Shown piece after piece: positions 61,735 to 64,000 of a stretch of DNA of 64,000 nt. The position numbers were made by a program, and so were the translations under genes. Position 1 is the stretch's first letter, and each line of letters starts with the position of its first letter. Where the stretch lies: the NCBI GenBank assembly GCA_010909165.1, contig VJWM01000135.1:620001-684000 (forward strand), written 5' to 3'. The notes under the pieces were generated by a model. It ran no database searches. It was not told where the DNA came from and saw nothing but the letters and a program-made list of their open reading frames with translations. This stretch comes from Anthoceros angustus. Lineage: Eukaryota; Plantae; Anthocerotophyta.

Positions 61735-61891
61735 GTGTGCTCAGCTGCCGGCCGCCGAGTAGGCCACCTCAAGCTCCTCATAGCTCGAAATTAGCTGCCT
61801 GTATCGCACACAGGCGCGCAGACAAAAGGCCACCACTGACCTAAGAGATGTGAGCAGCGGAGATATCCGCTGGCCAAGCTGCTTGTGCACG

Positions 61892-62819
61892 ATGTTCACC
61901 TTCTCATGGAGGAAGCCTTCTGCGAAAGAGCAGAGAGCTTGTTTGGCTGGCTCCCGGTCGGTGTCTTCTTTCCTTCCTCACTCTGATCAACCCACATTGC
62001 GCAGCTTGTGCAAAATGACGACTATGCTGCTGGGCTTGCAGGTCAGGGGAATTCAACTACGACAGCAAGCACGTGGGGGCATCCAGCGACGCCCCATTTT
62101 CAGACGGCTACGAGTCGGCGCTGAAGAAAGACGGCTACTCCATCAACCATGCGCGTGTTCAGCTGGGACGTGGCTCTGAAGCCTTCCTCAGAGCCAGGGA
62201 AAACCTACAGAGATGGAGGTGCCTCCATTGTCCACCGCTGTCCTATGTCTGGAGCTCTGCGGATGCAAGGGGACTCTAATCCATGCACGTGGAATGCAAC
62301 GCAGGCATTTTCAATTGGGCTGGGCATCAGTGGACGCGTCCACGCCCATCAAGGTGGGGTCACGGTTCTGCGTGTGCAGTCAGGAGCTTTGCACATGGAT
62401 TCTGAACCCCCTGGAGGTTCTGTATGTGGAAGACTCGAGCTCCCGGGAAAGCAAGGGGCCAGCTGGGACTGGAGCCAAGCCAGCCACAGCCTTTGCATTT
62501 GGAAGCGGCACTCTCAAGGGGCATCTCCTGGTGAGGGTGTCATTCTGTTGTGTAGCAGAAGCTCATCCAGAGAAGCGAATTCCGTTGGCTGCTAAGCTGC
62601 AATGAATTTTACTTTGCGCAGGCGGGGGAAGAGCGCTTTGCTGTGGAGTGGGACGTGGAAGATGATCAAGTGTATTTCGACATCTATTCCTTCTCCAAGC
62701 CTGCAAACATGCTTGCTACGGTAACGTATCCTATTGTGAAATTCAAGCAGGCTCTGTTTTCGAAGCACTCAACCGAAGCCATGCGTAAAGCCATGCATAT
62801 CCATAAAGCGGAAATGTAG
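61892..62819 (+). CDS. DUF1990 / UPF0548 family protein, 4 exons
   Basis: Exons 61892-61956, 62042-62218, 62305-62530, 62622-62819: FNYD, NHARVQLGRG, HFQLGWA, FGSGTLKGHLLAGEERF, SFSKP. Confidence 0.92.
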
Positions 62820-62825
62820 TTGTTT

Positions 62826-63100
62826 GCCTGGTGGACATGTATGCGTGCAGCATGCCCGCAGGGTGTTTGACGAGTTAGTCACTGAATTGGTGCCTTGGAC
62901 TGCTCGCTGCGTACGACGAAAATGGGCTAAGTAAGAAAAAGCCAAGAAGGGCTCTCTCTGTAGCAGGCATGTAGCAAGCATGTAGCAGGCATGTAGCAAG
63001 CATGCAGATTATGTGACATTAGTTTGCCTCCTCAAAGCATTTGCTAATACTGGAGCCGTGGACCAGGGTAAGCAGCATAATATGCAGATTCAGGGACATT
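62826..63100 (+). pseudogene. Decayed PLS-PPR fragment
   Basis: Frame-broken CLVDMYA, ARRVFDEL, VPWTA, AAY.ENG, VTLVCLLKAFANTGAVDQGKQ. Confidence 0.75.
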
Positions 63101-64000
63101 CCATGTGATTGATGCAAGCAGTTCCCCAAATGACACACGGCTCTCACAATGGGGACCAGGTTCCAAGTCACAGTGAACTGTACGAATTGGGTTGGATATG
63201 TACATCGAATTGAGACGACACAATATCGAATTGGGACTCAGACAGCACAACATTGATTTTAGACAACACAAGAATCCGGCGCATCGTCAAGCAGCGTCAT
63301 GTGGGGATTCAGAAAATGGCACTGAAAAGCACCGTCAGACCTCACACTGAGCCACTCGGTTTGCAATGACATCACTTTACAAAGGAAAAGCACTCTCAAC
63401 AGCTCACACTGTCACAGTGTAGAACAAGGCCGACGTCCAGCCACAGCGGTAACGGTCTTGCTTGAATCAGTTTGCACTTATACGTTTCGTCAGCTCATGG
63501 GAAAAAGGGCATTGTGTCTTGCCAGGTACCAGGTCACCGTGAGCTTGAAAAATGTTGCTCACAGTGTTGTGGGTTTCTGGTCTGCGGGATTCTAACCCGT
63601 GCCTCTTTGCAAACTCTTGAGGCTAATCCTCTTATCTCTGGACTACAAATGCTAGGTTGATGCAGGTTGAATCGCGCAAGATCTTCGACAGCTCGAAGCT
63701 CGTTCCGCTCGCACCCGACCGTTCTCAGCTATCCTTTTCCTTCACTGCGAGAGGACATAGGTGGTTGCCTGGGGCAACCTCCCAAACACACCCAGCCTCT
63801 GCTCGGCAGTCTAGCTTGTGCAAAAAAAATCAATCAAGGCATCGGCAAATCCTCGCCTTAAGCTTGTACCTGAATCCCCACTCCGTATAATAGCAAAGAA
63901 ATCGAATATTCATTTCTACATAAGCACGCAACTCATCGGATTGCAACTCTGCTTCCAATGACCTGCACAGACAGAAATGGGCAGGCTGACCTGTATTGCC

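Noticed and set aside
63540-64000. Exon-like segment on the minus strand (SLEAELQSDELRAYVEMN...)
   Set aside because: Could be the 3' end of a gene outside the window, but product and structure cannot be supported.

Overview
Gene-dense nuclear DNA from a land plant: about 19 protein-coding genes in 64 kb, mostly with 70-130 nt GT-AG introns. It is most likely a hornwort (Anthoceros-like). That is an inference from compactness, intron size and the PLS-class PPR variants (WW-type PG box, long L motifs); a small-genome fern cannot be excluded. Genes in order: SAL1-type PAP phosphatase, complex I B12 subunit (NDUFB3), a damaged APY6-like apyrase, Yippee-like protein, LPE1-like P-class PPR, chalcone-isomerase-fold protein, PLS-PPR (WW), ABCG11-like half transporter, Bin3/MePCE-like RNA methyltransferase, a head-to-head pair of PLS-PPRs, plastid transketolase, F-box protein, SDR, 7-exon TSPO, SR45a/Tra2-like splicing factor, ABCI10-like ATPase, a large P-class PPR and a DUF1990 protein. 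Accessory DNA includes degenerate Ty3/gypsy remnants with unusual AGTAAC...GTTACT LTR ends, a decayed RLE-type (CRE-like) non-LTR element, a TA-flanked pogo/Tc1-like MITE, a repeat array built on tRNA-Asp 3' fragments, several minisatellites and a PPR relic. Best candidates for something new: (i) three deaminase-less PLS editing factors with two different PG-box types, two of them nearly overlapping head-to-head; (ii) the non-TG...CA LTR family, one copy flanked by a 129-bp duplication of host upstream DNA; (iii) a CHI/CHIL-hybrid protein whose start codon may be created by splicing. Exon coordinates were inferred by eye from splice signals and recalled homologue sequences; no searches were run.
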